A stretch of DNA of 64,000 nt from Phoronis australis (Eukaryota; Animalia; Phoronida): positions 727,894-791,893 of the forward strand of contig NMRA01000117.1 of the NCBI GenBank assembly GCA_002633005.1, in the 5' to 3' direction. Below, in pieces: positions 38,002 through 50,300 of this stretch. The notes under the pieces are model-generated. The model was given only the letters and a program-made list of their open reading frames with translations. It had not been told where the DNA came from and did no database searches. Each line of letters begins with the position of its first letter. Positions within the stretch are counted from its first letter, which is position 1. The position numbers and the translations under genes are program-made.

Positions 38002-38356
38002 GATTCAACAGTACGTTCAATGCATATACAATAAAACGCAATAAAAACTTGAAGTTAATTTCATAAAATTTCCAAAGAATCGGCAATGGCGACAGACACG
38101 CAGCAGCCTCGAATTGGAAACGCATCTGAATAGTCTAGATGCAAAAACCTATAAATAATATCTTGTAAATTTTACGTATGTTATAACTTAAAACTACAAA
38201 ATTAATCTTTGTAAAACTTGTTATAATTAATATGATATTTTATGATAATTTTCATATTTTTAATCATTTTACGCTCTCTTGAGAGTAGAGATTACATCAG
38301 AAAATGGCGCATCCCATGTGTAAAACTTATGTTGTCAAAGTTTGAAGTAGTACAAA
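38002..38356. promoter_or_regulatory. Bidirectional promoter region shared by SF1 and POLR3A
   Basis: Divergent ATGs 355 bp apart; YY1-like AAAATGGCG at ~38301 and CAATGGCG at ~38084; AT-rich core 38145-38270. Confidence 0.75.
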
Positions 38357-41300
38357 ATGGTGAAAGAACAGTTTCGCGAAACAGACGTGGCTCGAAAAAT
38401 GTAAGATATTTTAGAGAGTATACCCATTCATGATAAGAGCAGTTCTCTTTCCGTCTATATAGAAAGTTTTCATGATTGCAAACCATCAGTTACATTAGGC
38501 AATTCCATTCACACAGTGACAGTCACAGGCGTCCTCCGCTTCTGATCGTCCCCAATACACTACATATAATACTTCAAGGTATGACACTCCCGACTAGAAA
38601 TTCCACGGGTGCTTCACTTCAGCCCTCCATAGCTAACATAAAACTCAATAAATTTACACAAAACAAGGTTTCAACATACCATTGGCAATTGTTCTTTCTT
38701 CCAATACCATTCATGGTGTCCTGTTCCGGCGACTTCGTAAGAAATTCGCAGTCAAAGAACAAAAATGTTCACAAAAAGCCAAACACACTTCCATCTGGGA
38801 CAGCTCGAGGTCAAGGACAGTACGGAAATTACCGATGAATTACGGATGGACGGCGTTATCAACATCGTGACTTTACGCTACAAACTGGCAATCTCCGTAC
38901 TGTCCTTGACCTCGAGCCGTAAAAGATGGAAGTGTGTTTGGGCTTTGTGTGAATATTTTTGTTCTTCGACTGCGAATTTCTTATGAAGTCGCTGGAACAG
39001 GACACCATGAATGGTATTGGAAGAAAGAACAATTGCCAATGGTTTGTTGAAACCTTGTTTTGTGTCAGTAGCAATCATTCAATCAGACATTGTCAGTAGC
39101 GATCATTCAATCAGACATAGTCAGTAGCGATCATTCAATCAGACATTGTCAGTAGCGATCATTCAATCAGACATTGTCAGTAGCGATCATTCAATCAGAC
39201 ATTGTCAGTAGCTTATGCTGAGTTCATTAGAAACATATGAAAACATTTTTAAATAGATGATGGCATCAAAGGTTAGAAAAACGTCAGAAATAAACATGTA
39301 AAAAATTTGATCCTGAAAATGTTTAGCTGTTAGTAGTCTTCTGCAGTACTTACCAAAAATAGTTGAATATTATTGTATTTCTGCTGCATGATGGAGAAAT
39401 AGTCTTAACAAAGCCAAAAATGATTTTATAAAAATTCTATTTGTGGAACAGTGAGTTTACCTTGGTATGCTTCAAGATTCCAAATCGTATTGTCTAAATA
39501 CAATTGGCATGTACTCTGTGTGTACTAAGTGTTGTTAACTCCTTTGCATTTCTCTACTATAGAAGCCATGTCACCTTTGGGTTAATGAGTCCTGAGCAGA
39601 TGAAACAACAAGCCCATGTTCATGTCGTCAGCAAGAACTTGTATGCTCAAGATGGTTCAAGGAAACCCGTGGAATATGGCGTACTTGACCATAAAATGGT
39701 AGGCTGTGATGGTCTGTGGTAATAGCTGATTTTGGAAATAGCCGCGCCATACTGAAATTCACTGTCTCGCCAGATGGCAATCAGGTCTTTGGTTGACAGG
39801 CATTCAGCGCCACCTACAGATCTCATGTTATGCAGACAAGAGGTTTAAATATGCTGGTATAAGCAGCGTGTTAACACTTTCCTACTATAGTATTGTCACT
39901 GATGTGTGGTGGGATGTGATAAGAGCGTACGCAGAAAGGCAAACCTTTTGAAATATCCATGGATGAAAGAAGTGTCCCATACAATTGTCATTGCAAAGAA
40001 GAATCTGTGGCTGCATAGTCAGTGGCTGTGACTCGTAAAACAGGATTAAGCTGGTATAAAATAAGCTAAAATAAATTAGTTAATTTTTAACCTAATCAAA
40101 CAATGGTATGGGCTGACTGTGGGATTTATTCCTCCGTGTTTAAGTTGAAGAATCACTATGTAGCAGTGAAATTCTGTCTACCGAATCTTGAGTCGCTGTT
40201 AAGCGAAAGTCAATTTCTCACTCTCATTACTCTTGAGAGCGCCAGTTTGAAAAGTACGCTATTGTTAGGCTATGCCACAGTGCATGCAAAATATAAAGAA
40301 CCTTTTGCATAGCAATATGAGCTCTTACCTCTTAGTATGGGTAGAAAATTCTCCAGTTCAGGCATAACATGTTGGTAAAGTTGAACTACATAATCCTGAA
40401 CATGTGCCTAGACACAAAAATATATTGGTCAATGGTGTGAAATATTCTGAAGTATATCGTGATTTATTGGCAACACTGTAATCTCAAAGTGGTCAATCAT
40501 AAATATCTTGTTTGATACACTGAATAGCTCACTTGCGAGTTTCTCGCTAGTCACTGTGACGTCACCGGAAAGGGGGCAAAACCCGCCATATTGCTCTTGT
40601 TTTGCCCCGAGTCTTTGCTACACACGCTAAAACTTACTGGAGTTCTTATGGTGAATTTTACGCTTAAAACGTTAAAACAACTTAAGATATGGTAGTTGGG
40701 TCGTGGAATAACTGTGAATAGACGAAGAAAATGTGACCTTGTTATGTTGTGCGAAGCTGTGAACGGACTGAAATTGGAACTTAACCCGCTCTAGGCCTGA
40801 ATGGCGCAGGCATACAGGGGCGATAGTGTATCCCCATAAAAAGATATTCACTTCACAATACAGTAAATAAAATCAAATGAAACTTGCATATGTGCACATG
40901 AAGTTATAATTAACGCATACCCTGACTCTGGACACAATTTAGTCTACAAATAACTTGAGCATATTCATGAAAACCTCGCGGTTCTCTCGAGTTTCTCTCA
41001 CTAGCCGCCATTTTGAGGAAGTCAGTTACGTGAAATCACGCCTGTTGACGAACAAAAAGTCCAAGGGACACAAATCTTACAAATTTCACTTGATATTTTC
41101 TCATGCTATTTTGCAAGTGTCACGCGCCAGGTCACGCGCCAAATCTCGCGCTTCGCTCAGTCTCGCGCTAGCCTTTGCCTCATACTCACCTGACTCAGTT
41201 GAAATACTTGATTGTGGTAATNTATCTCATGTAGCTAACCAATGCCTCAACACCATAGTTGTTCTATCTCATGTAGCTAACCAATGCCTCAACACCATAG

Positions 41301-44300
41301 TTGTTCTATCTCATGTAGCTAACCAATGCCTCAACACCATAGTTGTTCTATCTCATGTAGCTAACCAATGCCTCAACACCATAGTTGTTCTATCTCATGT
41401 AGCTAACCAATGCCTCAACACCATAGTTGTTCTATCTCATGTAGCTAACCAATGCCTCAACACCATAGTTGTTCTATCTCATGTAGCTAACCAATGCCTC
41501 AACACCATAGTTGTTCTATCTCATGTAGCTAACCAATGCCTCAACACCATAGTTGTTCTATCTCATGTAGCTAACCAATGCCTCAACACCATAGTTGTTC
41601 TATCTCATGTAGCTAACCAATGCCTCAACACCATAGTTGTTCTATCTCATGTAGCTAACCAATGCCTCAACACCATAGTTGTTCTATCTCATGTAGCTAA
41701 CCAATGCCTCAACACCATAGTTGTTCTATCTCATGTAGCTAACCAATGCCTCAACACCATAGTTGTTCTATCTCATGTAGCTAACCAATGCCTCAACACC
41801 ATAGTTGTTCTATCTCATGTAGCTAACCAATGCCTCAACACCATAGTTGTGCCTATTCTTAGGATATTCAAAGTTTTTACTTGCAACTGTGCCAGAATGA
41901 CAAGAATGTGAAAACTTTTATGTGGTTAACTTCCACATAGACATGTACTGGAGGATCATATATTTTGTGATGGAATGTATGAATTTCCAACCCAGACTTA
42001 AATCGTGTTTTTGTAGGGAACAAGTGAAAAAGACAATTCCTGTTTAACGTGCGGCAAGAACTTGGCAGAGTGCACCGGTCACTATGGTTACGTTGACCTG
42101 GAACTTCCTTGTTTTCATATTGGCTACTTCAGAACTATCATCAACATTCTCCAGCAAATATGCAAGGTTTGTTTTTGCGTATTGTGGTTATTGTAGTAAT
42201 GTTATATGTGAGTAAGGATTTGTTTTAATTTGCACATGTGTTTTAGTGTAGGAATGTCGTATGCTTGTGAGAAAGGATTTATTTTAGTTTTGTATGTACA
42301 ATGTGGTGAAGTTGTATGTGCATCTTTCTAACTTATAATCATCAAATGCTGAAAAATACAGCCTCGGATGGACTCTGGCGATACATGTTTAGTGGTCGGA
42401 ATGTGTTCTTGAGTAAGGTGCATGTGGTTTGGTACGGTAATTCTGTTGCACCTTGTTTAGTTCACAATATGTCGCACTCATGGTGAACACAACTTGGGAT
42501 TCCTACGCACAGGTTCAGCTGTTTCACATACTACAAAATCATGCCTCATTTTAACCACTTGATGTATCCTCTGCATACATTTCAGAATTGCAGTCGAGTT
42601 TTGTTACATCCCGACGATCGCGCAGGATTCCTGGAAATGTTGAAGCGACCGAATCTAGGTTACTTGCAGAAGAAAAGTTTACGAAAGAAAATACACGAAC
42701 GATGCAAGAAGAAAATGTCCACGTGCACTTACTGCAATTCTTACAATGGTCAGTTTTTTGTCTGTTAAAAGATGGTGATGAGGAATATGGTGAAGTTCAA
42801 CAGAAGTTGTTGGCATAGTCATGGAGGGTCACGCACTTAATTTGACAACTTTTGGCTATTTTCTTGTGATTTGTCTATTTCCTCATTTTGGTTTCATAGC
42901 AACTTAGTGGCCATTGTCTTAAGTACTCAAATTTCATTCATGTACAAGAAGATAAAAAGATTAGTACCTGTCACAAAATTAGTGTTCAATGCGAGGTTAC
43001 ATTTAAGTTCTGAAATACGACAGCATTTCTTTTTTCCAAAATTGTGCTATGTCGTACATGGAACTCGTTGGTAATAGTTTTGCCATGTAAAACATCTCAA
43101 GCTTGTTCTGTCTCATTTTGAAGATGGAATATTTTAAACCTTGGAAAGCACATGCAGTCTCGTCTTAAGTCGTTTTGAATCAAAGGCTACACTGCTTATT
43201 ACCACCTCGATGTTTATCTGACGTGTTTTTCTAGGGCAAGTCAAGAAGTGTGGATTGCTCAAAATTTCCCACGATAAGTACAAACAGAACCTCAAAAGAG
43301 AAGACGCCATCACGCAAGCGTATCTCAGTACATTTGACTTGGCTATTGAACAAAATAAAGACTTGGAACCTCTTCTTTCTAAAACACAGGTTTGTGTTGT
43401 AGTAGGAGCAAGCAATTGAAACTTGTATGAAAGGATTGGTGTGTCTTGCCCTAAACCTTTTTCTTATATTTTCTAACGATATCATAATGATGTTTCTTTG
43501 CATAAAATTAATGGAAAATGAAAATGAAAGTATTGCCACTGTCAGGCAATTAGGAAATGGACTGGATCCATACCTGAGCACAAAGGGCCCGTTTTATGAA
43601 AGGCTGCAAAACGATTGTAACTTTGATCTTAATATCTATGCAGTCCAAGAATGTGACTTGTGAAGGCGATTGTTAAGTTTGAATATAAAAAGTAATCAGC
43701 TTAATGTCACTTGAAACGTATCGGTCTGATGATGCAGCATTGTGTTTGCAATGTGCACCCGAGTGAACGATCTATGATAGAGTGAGCCCCGGAAGAAGAA
43801 ATGAGTTGGGGTTTAACGACTTTAAACGTAATTCCTTTGGCTGCTGGTATGTTGTAGGAGATGCTTAATCCTCTGGTAGTGTTGGACCTGTTGGCATGTT
43901 GTAGGAGATGCTTAATCCTCTGGTAGTGTTGGACCTGTTGGTATGTTGTAGGAGATGCTTAATTCTCTGGTAGTGTTGGACCTGTTGGTATGTTGTAGGA
44001 GATGCTTAATCCTCTGGTAGTGTTGGACCTGTTTGAACGTATTCCTGATGAAGACATCCCTCTACTGTTGATGAACACAGAGAATAATCACCCTAAAGAA
44101 TTACTGCTAACCCGTATACTAGTGCCACCTATATGTATTCGGCCATCGGTCGTCTCGGATCTCAAGTCAGGAACGTAAGGAGTCTGTGCCAAATTTCTTT
44201 ATTAATTATTTATTTGGTTAAACTTGAAAGAAAATCCCATTCTAATTAGTGATCTAAGTTTGTCTCAAGAAGTTTTGTAAGTGTAACCTGTGTATTATGA

Positions 44301-47300
44301 CTAAAACAACTTGCATCACATTATGGGATTTTTACAGCATTTTGGGTATGGAGGTGGTAACTAGTCTGTTTAGTGGATTAGCATTTTGTGGGTGGTTTTA
44401 AATCATTGTGAACCCTGCTCTTAGTGAAACAACAGTCCCAGACGTTAATGAAGGGTATAGTCCTGGCTTAGAAATAATCGTTTTATTACTCCCTATGGAT
44501 TAATGAATAGACAAGCCCAGAATGAAGGTCTGAGTTATTTTAAACATTCTTGTTTGATATGAAATATCATGAACAAAAGTTTCACTTAAGGTTTCCTTTC
44601 ATCACTGAATAATGTGCTGTAATTTGTTTACTAACCTTACCTTGGTCAGTAGAGCTCTGCCTTACCTCGGTCAATATAGCTCTGCCTTACCTTGATCAGT
44701 ATAGCTCCTGCCTTACCTCGCCCAATATAGATCTTGTCTCACACCGGTCAATAGAGCTCCTGCCTTAGGTACAGGGTACCCTTGGTTTAGTTTCTGTGTT
44801 TGTGCAGTCTTATTTATCGTAAGCTACATTAATGCAGTGGGTCGTTGACGGCCAGTAGTTGAGTGATTGTGACTGATTTGGAAAGCAAAAGGGTCTAAAA
44901 CCTTGCTTGGATGGTTGGTGAGTTTGATACTTCGTCTGAAATTGGCTTGGTCGGGCACTTTTTCTTTCAGCAATGAGACACAGGTTTTAAAACCAGTCAG
45001 GGTGCAGACAACCTACTTGGTAGACATTGTTTTTGAAGGGGGTCTCATATTCTTGTTTGTTCAAGTTCATTGGTTTGTTACAGGAACGAAGATGACATTA
45101 CAATGAAAATCACTGAGATCATATTCCTCAACGACGTCATCCAAAAACACAAGGCCACCGGCGCTAAAATGCAAATGATTATGGTTCGTAAGAATTGTCG
45201 ATAAATGTAAATTAGTGAGCGTGACCGCTACACTGATATGCTAATATCTTGTGCTGAAAGTTTGCCCTGTCAGGAGCTGCTTTAACTCTTTTTCCTGCTT
45301 GTTTAATGTTAGTACATTTAGTGCTATGTTATCAGAATCATTTTGTGTTGTCGTCATTGAGAGGTTCTCAGATGCTTGTTTGGTTTCTGGAAGTTTCTAG
45401 TCAAGTCAATTGGATAAGTTTCAGAATGGTCAACACAAAGGTTGTTGGTAGTGCATCAATGGTGGACTTAGGTGTATGTTGCGTTTTGAAACATAGATTT
45501 TATCATATTTTGCTAAACTTCATTGTTTTTCTGATTTTCTATATGTTTTACTATCAGTGTTTATGTTCCGTTTGTGTCTGATTTATGTCATCTATAAATA
45601 CATACGATGAGTATGAATGCTTTTAGTTTCTTTTATGATATGTCTATGCTGTTGTTGTAGGAAGACTGGGATTTCTTGCAACTACAGGTGGCGCTACTGT
45701 ACAATAGTGAGACTTCTGGGATACCTATCAACATGCAGGTGGGATGAACTTTTGTTCTGAAAAATTATGATCTAGTTGTGTAACTAGGTTCTGCCACTCT
45801 TTGTTGCTATGACTGTCTGTAAAGGGGGCATTAGTCACTTACAGGGGTCCCATATTTCGAGAACCAGTTCGATGCCTGTCATTCAGTGGAGAAAACTGGT
45901 TCTCAAAATGTTGGATCCCTGTTGGTGACTTGCCTGTGAATAACCCTTTTTCCAGGTTTCCAAAGTTAGACGTAATGTGGGACAAACTCCATCTTGTTGT
46001 ATAACCTCGCATTAGGTCTATAGTCCTGTACGAGGAAAACCAGTGTGAGGTCTTGCAGGCCTCGTAAAAATTTCCACTGAGCTGTAACAGGATAGGACCA
46101 TGATGCTAACTGGACAAAAATTCACCTTGCTTCAAACCATGCAAAGGATGTACTATATAGTCAGATGTCTATGTTTTTGTAAGACAAGTGACTGGGATCA
46201 AAACCATAATCTCTTTATCGGTATGAAACTTTATCGACAGTGTTGCGCTTTTATGAAAAACATGAAGAAGTTGTATTATAAAATTTCTACCAGTGTTAGT
46301 TATAGAGTAATATAACGTATTGTCATTTAGTTATAAATTGATTAGTCATTGTATTAGATTGGAATTGCTACTGCTTAGTTCTCAACCAATCATATTGTAC
46401 TCCGTTTTCTCAGTTTTTGTGAATCATGAATCGTGAAAATGCAAATGATGACAATTTTTTCACAGCCAAAGAAGCCTATGAGAGGATTCTCCCAGCGGCT
46501 CAAGGGGAAGCAGGGTCGATTCAGGGGTAATTTGTCGGGAAAAAGGGTAGACTACTCCAGCAGGACTGTCATCTCACCCGACCCTAATATGCGTATTGAC
46601 CAGGTATGTTGGCTCAAGTGTTTGGTTTAAAGTTATCTTGGGGAGTAGAAGAATGCCCATTTTGGCTAATTTTGGAACATTATATCTCAGAAGTAAGCTC
46701 ATTGAATTCTTATGAAAATTTGAGATACTAGGCTTTATGCACTGTTTGTCAAAACACTGATAGGAAATGTTTTAAATCGTTCCACTTTCGTATGAGGGGC
46801 TGTCAAAAATAGGACATTTCGTGAAAAAAATTGAATGAAGTGAAAACAGATCAATATATTCAAAAACTCTAACATCTTTCTTGACATCTCATCTTGAAGA
46901 TTTATATCAAATAAAATAGGTCATGTTGTCGATAACCGTAGTTGTACTGCTATCTATATACCTTTTTGTTTTTGGTCAATTTTTCTAATGAGACGTGGTC
47001 ACATGACCCAATTAATGTCAGAAATTTAAAAACTCAAAATCTAGTTCTACGGACTTTTTACTTCCAGAAAATAGATACTATAATATACCGAGTTAAAATC
47101 TACAGTTTTGTAGATATTTGGATTAGGTCTTACATAACTTTAAGGTTAATATGTAAATCTTATCGTCAAGTTTGCATGGGTTATCCAAATATCTACAAAA
47201 CTGTTGTTTGAATGAGCATTATTTGTACTTCTTAAGTTCCGACTGACCTAAGTTGTGCTAAAATTCATTTTCTGAAGTTAGTAACTAAAATGAAGTGGAA

Positions 47301-50300
47301 AGAGTTTCAGCCGCCAATACATCATGGTTCACAAGGGATGTTGCAGGCGATTTATCGTAACCACTCAAACAAAGGATAGGGATGTGATGATATTATTTTA
47401 CAAGTTGATGTATTCAACAGCAGAACATGGTTTATAGCTGCTGTAATGTTTGAGCAGAATTCATTTCTCTTTGTAATAAAGTCAAGAAGCCTTTTCAACA
47501 GGACTTTGAGAGAAGGGGTTGGGAGAGGGACTGACAATCATTGCTTATTCTTTAAATCATACTAGACAGCAGAACTAGATGAATGAGTGGCCAACAAAGG
47601 CAATAACCAGTTAAATCAGTTGACTACTGACAAAGTGTACTGTTATATACATGATGACAATGGTATTAGGTAGTCATAAAAATTATAATGCTAGCTTAGG
47701 TAAAAGTAGAAAACAATACAATACAGTACGATATGTAATGTAAATTTAGCGAAAGTACATTCAATACTGTATAAGCCAAAAGTGTTGGGACATGATGACT
47801 GGATGGGGACATGATGACTGGATGGGGACATGATGACTGGATGGGGACATGATGACTGGATGGGGACATGATGACTGGATGGTAGCTGAATCCATAGTCA
47901 GAGTAGTCTTGTCTTGACTGAGAATGAAGGTCAATTAATGAGAAAGTTATGATGACCAAGCCATTCTGTGATTAGAATTTTGTCACCCATATGGTTATTA
48001 CCACTCATTTTTGCTGTTAACAGGGGAAACGAGGAAACAATATTTTGTCTGATTACTTTTATCTTGTACTATAAATGGAGGAATCGAATATATTTGTCAG
48101 GTGGCTGTTCCCGTTCATGTGGCTAAGGTGTTGACCTATCCTGAGAGGGTCAACAAGGCTAACATAGAGTTGATGAGGAGCCTTGTACGTAATGGTTGTG
48201 ATGTGCACCCGGGGGCCAACTTTATACAGCAGAGAGACAATGTGAAGAGGTAGTACCCTTCAGACATGTGTGGCTTAGTTATTGTTTGAATTTAACGTTT
48301 TGTAGGATCATGAGTGTATGTTCAAATTCAGCTAATTTTCGAACATTGTATTTCAGGAACGGCTCATCGTATTCATATCAAACTTTCTGATACTAGGATT
48401 TATGCACTGTTCTCCAAAATTTTGTTATGAAATGTTTTTGAAACGCTACATTTTTGCATGAAGTGTTATCAAAAAATAGTTTTTCATAAATAAGTCAAGA
48501 GTTGCATGAAACAAAATAATTAAGAAAACTGTAACTATCATTTTTGAGATTTAATTTGGTCATATTATTGCTATGAATGTACCTTAAGTTTCTTTTTTGG
48601 TAAATTTTGCTATAAAGGCCTGTTCATTTGACCCAATTAATGTCAGTTTGGCGTAAAGTCAAACATCAAATTCTACAGACTTTTTACTGTCAGAAAATAA
48701 ACTCTTAAACGTGAGTGAATAATTTTGTAGGTATTCAGCTAAATACAATCAGTCTTGTCAATAAGGTCCTACATGATCTTAAAGTATTGTTTGCCAGCAG
48801 AATTCTTAAAATCACTGTTCTGAAACGTAGATGCTACATGTGGGTCCGTAGCAGGGTTAAATTTGAATGCATTTTAGATTCCCCAACCTAATATTGAACA
48901 GAATACGAAAACAAAAACATTACATTTGACTAAATGGGGAATAGTCTCTCTTCATCGAGGATATGACCTACCTACTATTTACAACACCTTAGTTTTTCAT
49001 GGTGGCCAATAGGTGTCTCTAGTTACCATATGATGGGAAAGGGTGGGGAAATTTAAATCAGTCGATACTGGAGAAGGACTCGAGAAGGGTCCGAAAGCTA
49101 TGTCATCCAAGCCTACCGGACTCCGAAAATGTAACTTTTTCATTCCTTATTACGTTTGACTTTCAGGTTTTTGCGTTATGGTGACAGGCAGAAGCTTGCG
49201 CAGGGGTTGAGACTTGGTGATGTGGTGGAGCGCCACCTGTTAGATAATGATGTAGTGCTGTTCAACAGGCAGCCATCACTTCACAAACTCAGTATACAGG
49301 CTTTCTATGTAAGTTAGTTTCGGTGATGTTCTTGGTGTAAAATGTAGTGCTTTTTGCTTAATAACTTTTTACTAAATCTTTATCTCGGCATTCCTTCTTC
49401 ATGTTTATTTAAAATTATGCTGGTGACTATTTTGAGATCTGTCAGTGTTTTGCCAGTTATCGATGAATTTGGATGCTTAGAAAAGTATCATTCTGCAAAT
49501 CTATAATGGATAATGAATTTGAAAGGATTGTTAATGCTCATTTTCGTACTTCATAGGATTGTTGGTTTTCCAGCTTAAGCGATTGTAAAACTTTGCAATC
49601 ACAAAATTTATTTTAACTGGAAATTTTTAGATAATCACCATCATAACACATTTTCAACTGGTTGTGTTGAATTTTTTTGACTCAGACTTCTGAATGTTCA
49701 AAAGTTATCACTCTGGTTTCACTTCTAGAACCGTGCGGAAACTTGATTTTTACGTAGTGCCATTCTCAGCAGTTCACATGTTTTTAACATTTTTGAGGCA
49801 CATCGTTTTTTGAGTGGTACACTGAATCCACTTTCCATTTCACTTGAGTTGAGTTGGAAATATCTGTTTTAATAAGAGTGGAGGGACAAAAAGTTGAAGC
49901 CTGTGTTGTATTGTTCATTTCTCTGCAGGCCAAAGTCATGCCTCACCGGACGTTCCGGTTCAATGAGTGTTGCTGTAACCCATTCAATGCAGACTTTGAT
50001 GGTGACGAGATGAACCTACATCTGCCTCAGACTGAAGAGGCCAAGGCTGAGGCCATAACATTGATGGGGGTAAGATTTTGCCTTACACGTGGGTGCTTGG
50101 CGACTTGCACCAACATCTCGGGTTATCGATCTGATTGACTCTGTCAGGTGAGGGGAAGGCTGTTCAGTAGGAAGTCGCCTATTGTGGCTAGGGTTGGGGC
50201 TGCTTACATGAACATCTGAGTCATTTGGGAATCCATTTTGACAAAGTTTGTGTGGTAAAATTTAATTTTAAGGTTGAAGCTTTTGACTGAAATGAAGCAT

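Noticed and set aside
41223-41850. CRISPR-like regular array (also 60491-63719, 39064-39212)
   Set aside because: Units are head-to-tail identical with no unique spacers; eukaryotic intronic context, no cas genes.
40955-41911. 318-aa ORF with [14 protein letters not shown] repeats
   Set aside because: Translation of a perfect 42-bp intronic minisatellite crossing an N; no synonymous variation, no ATG start or splice support.
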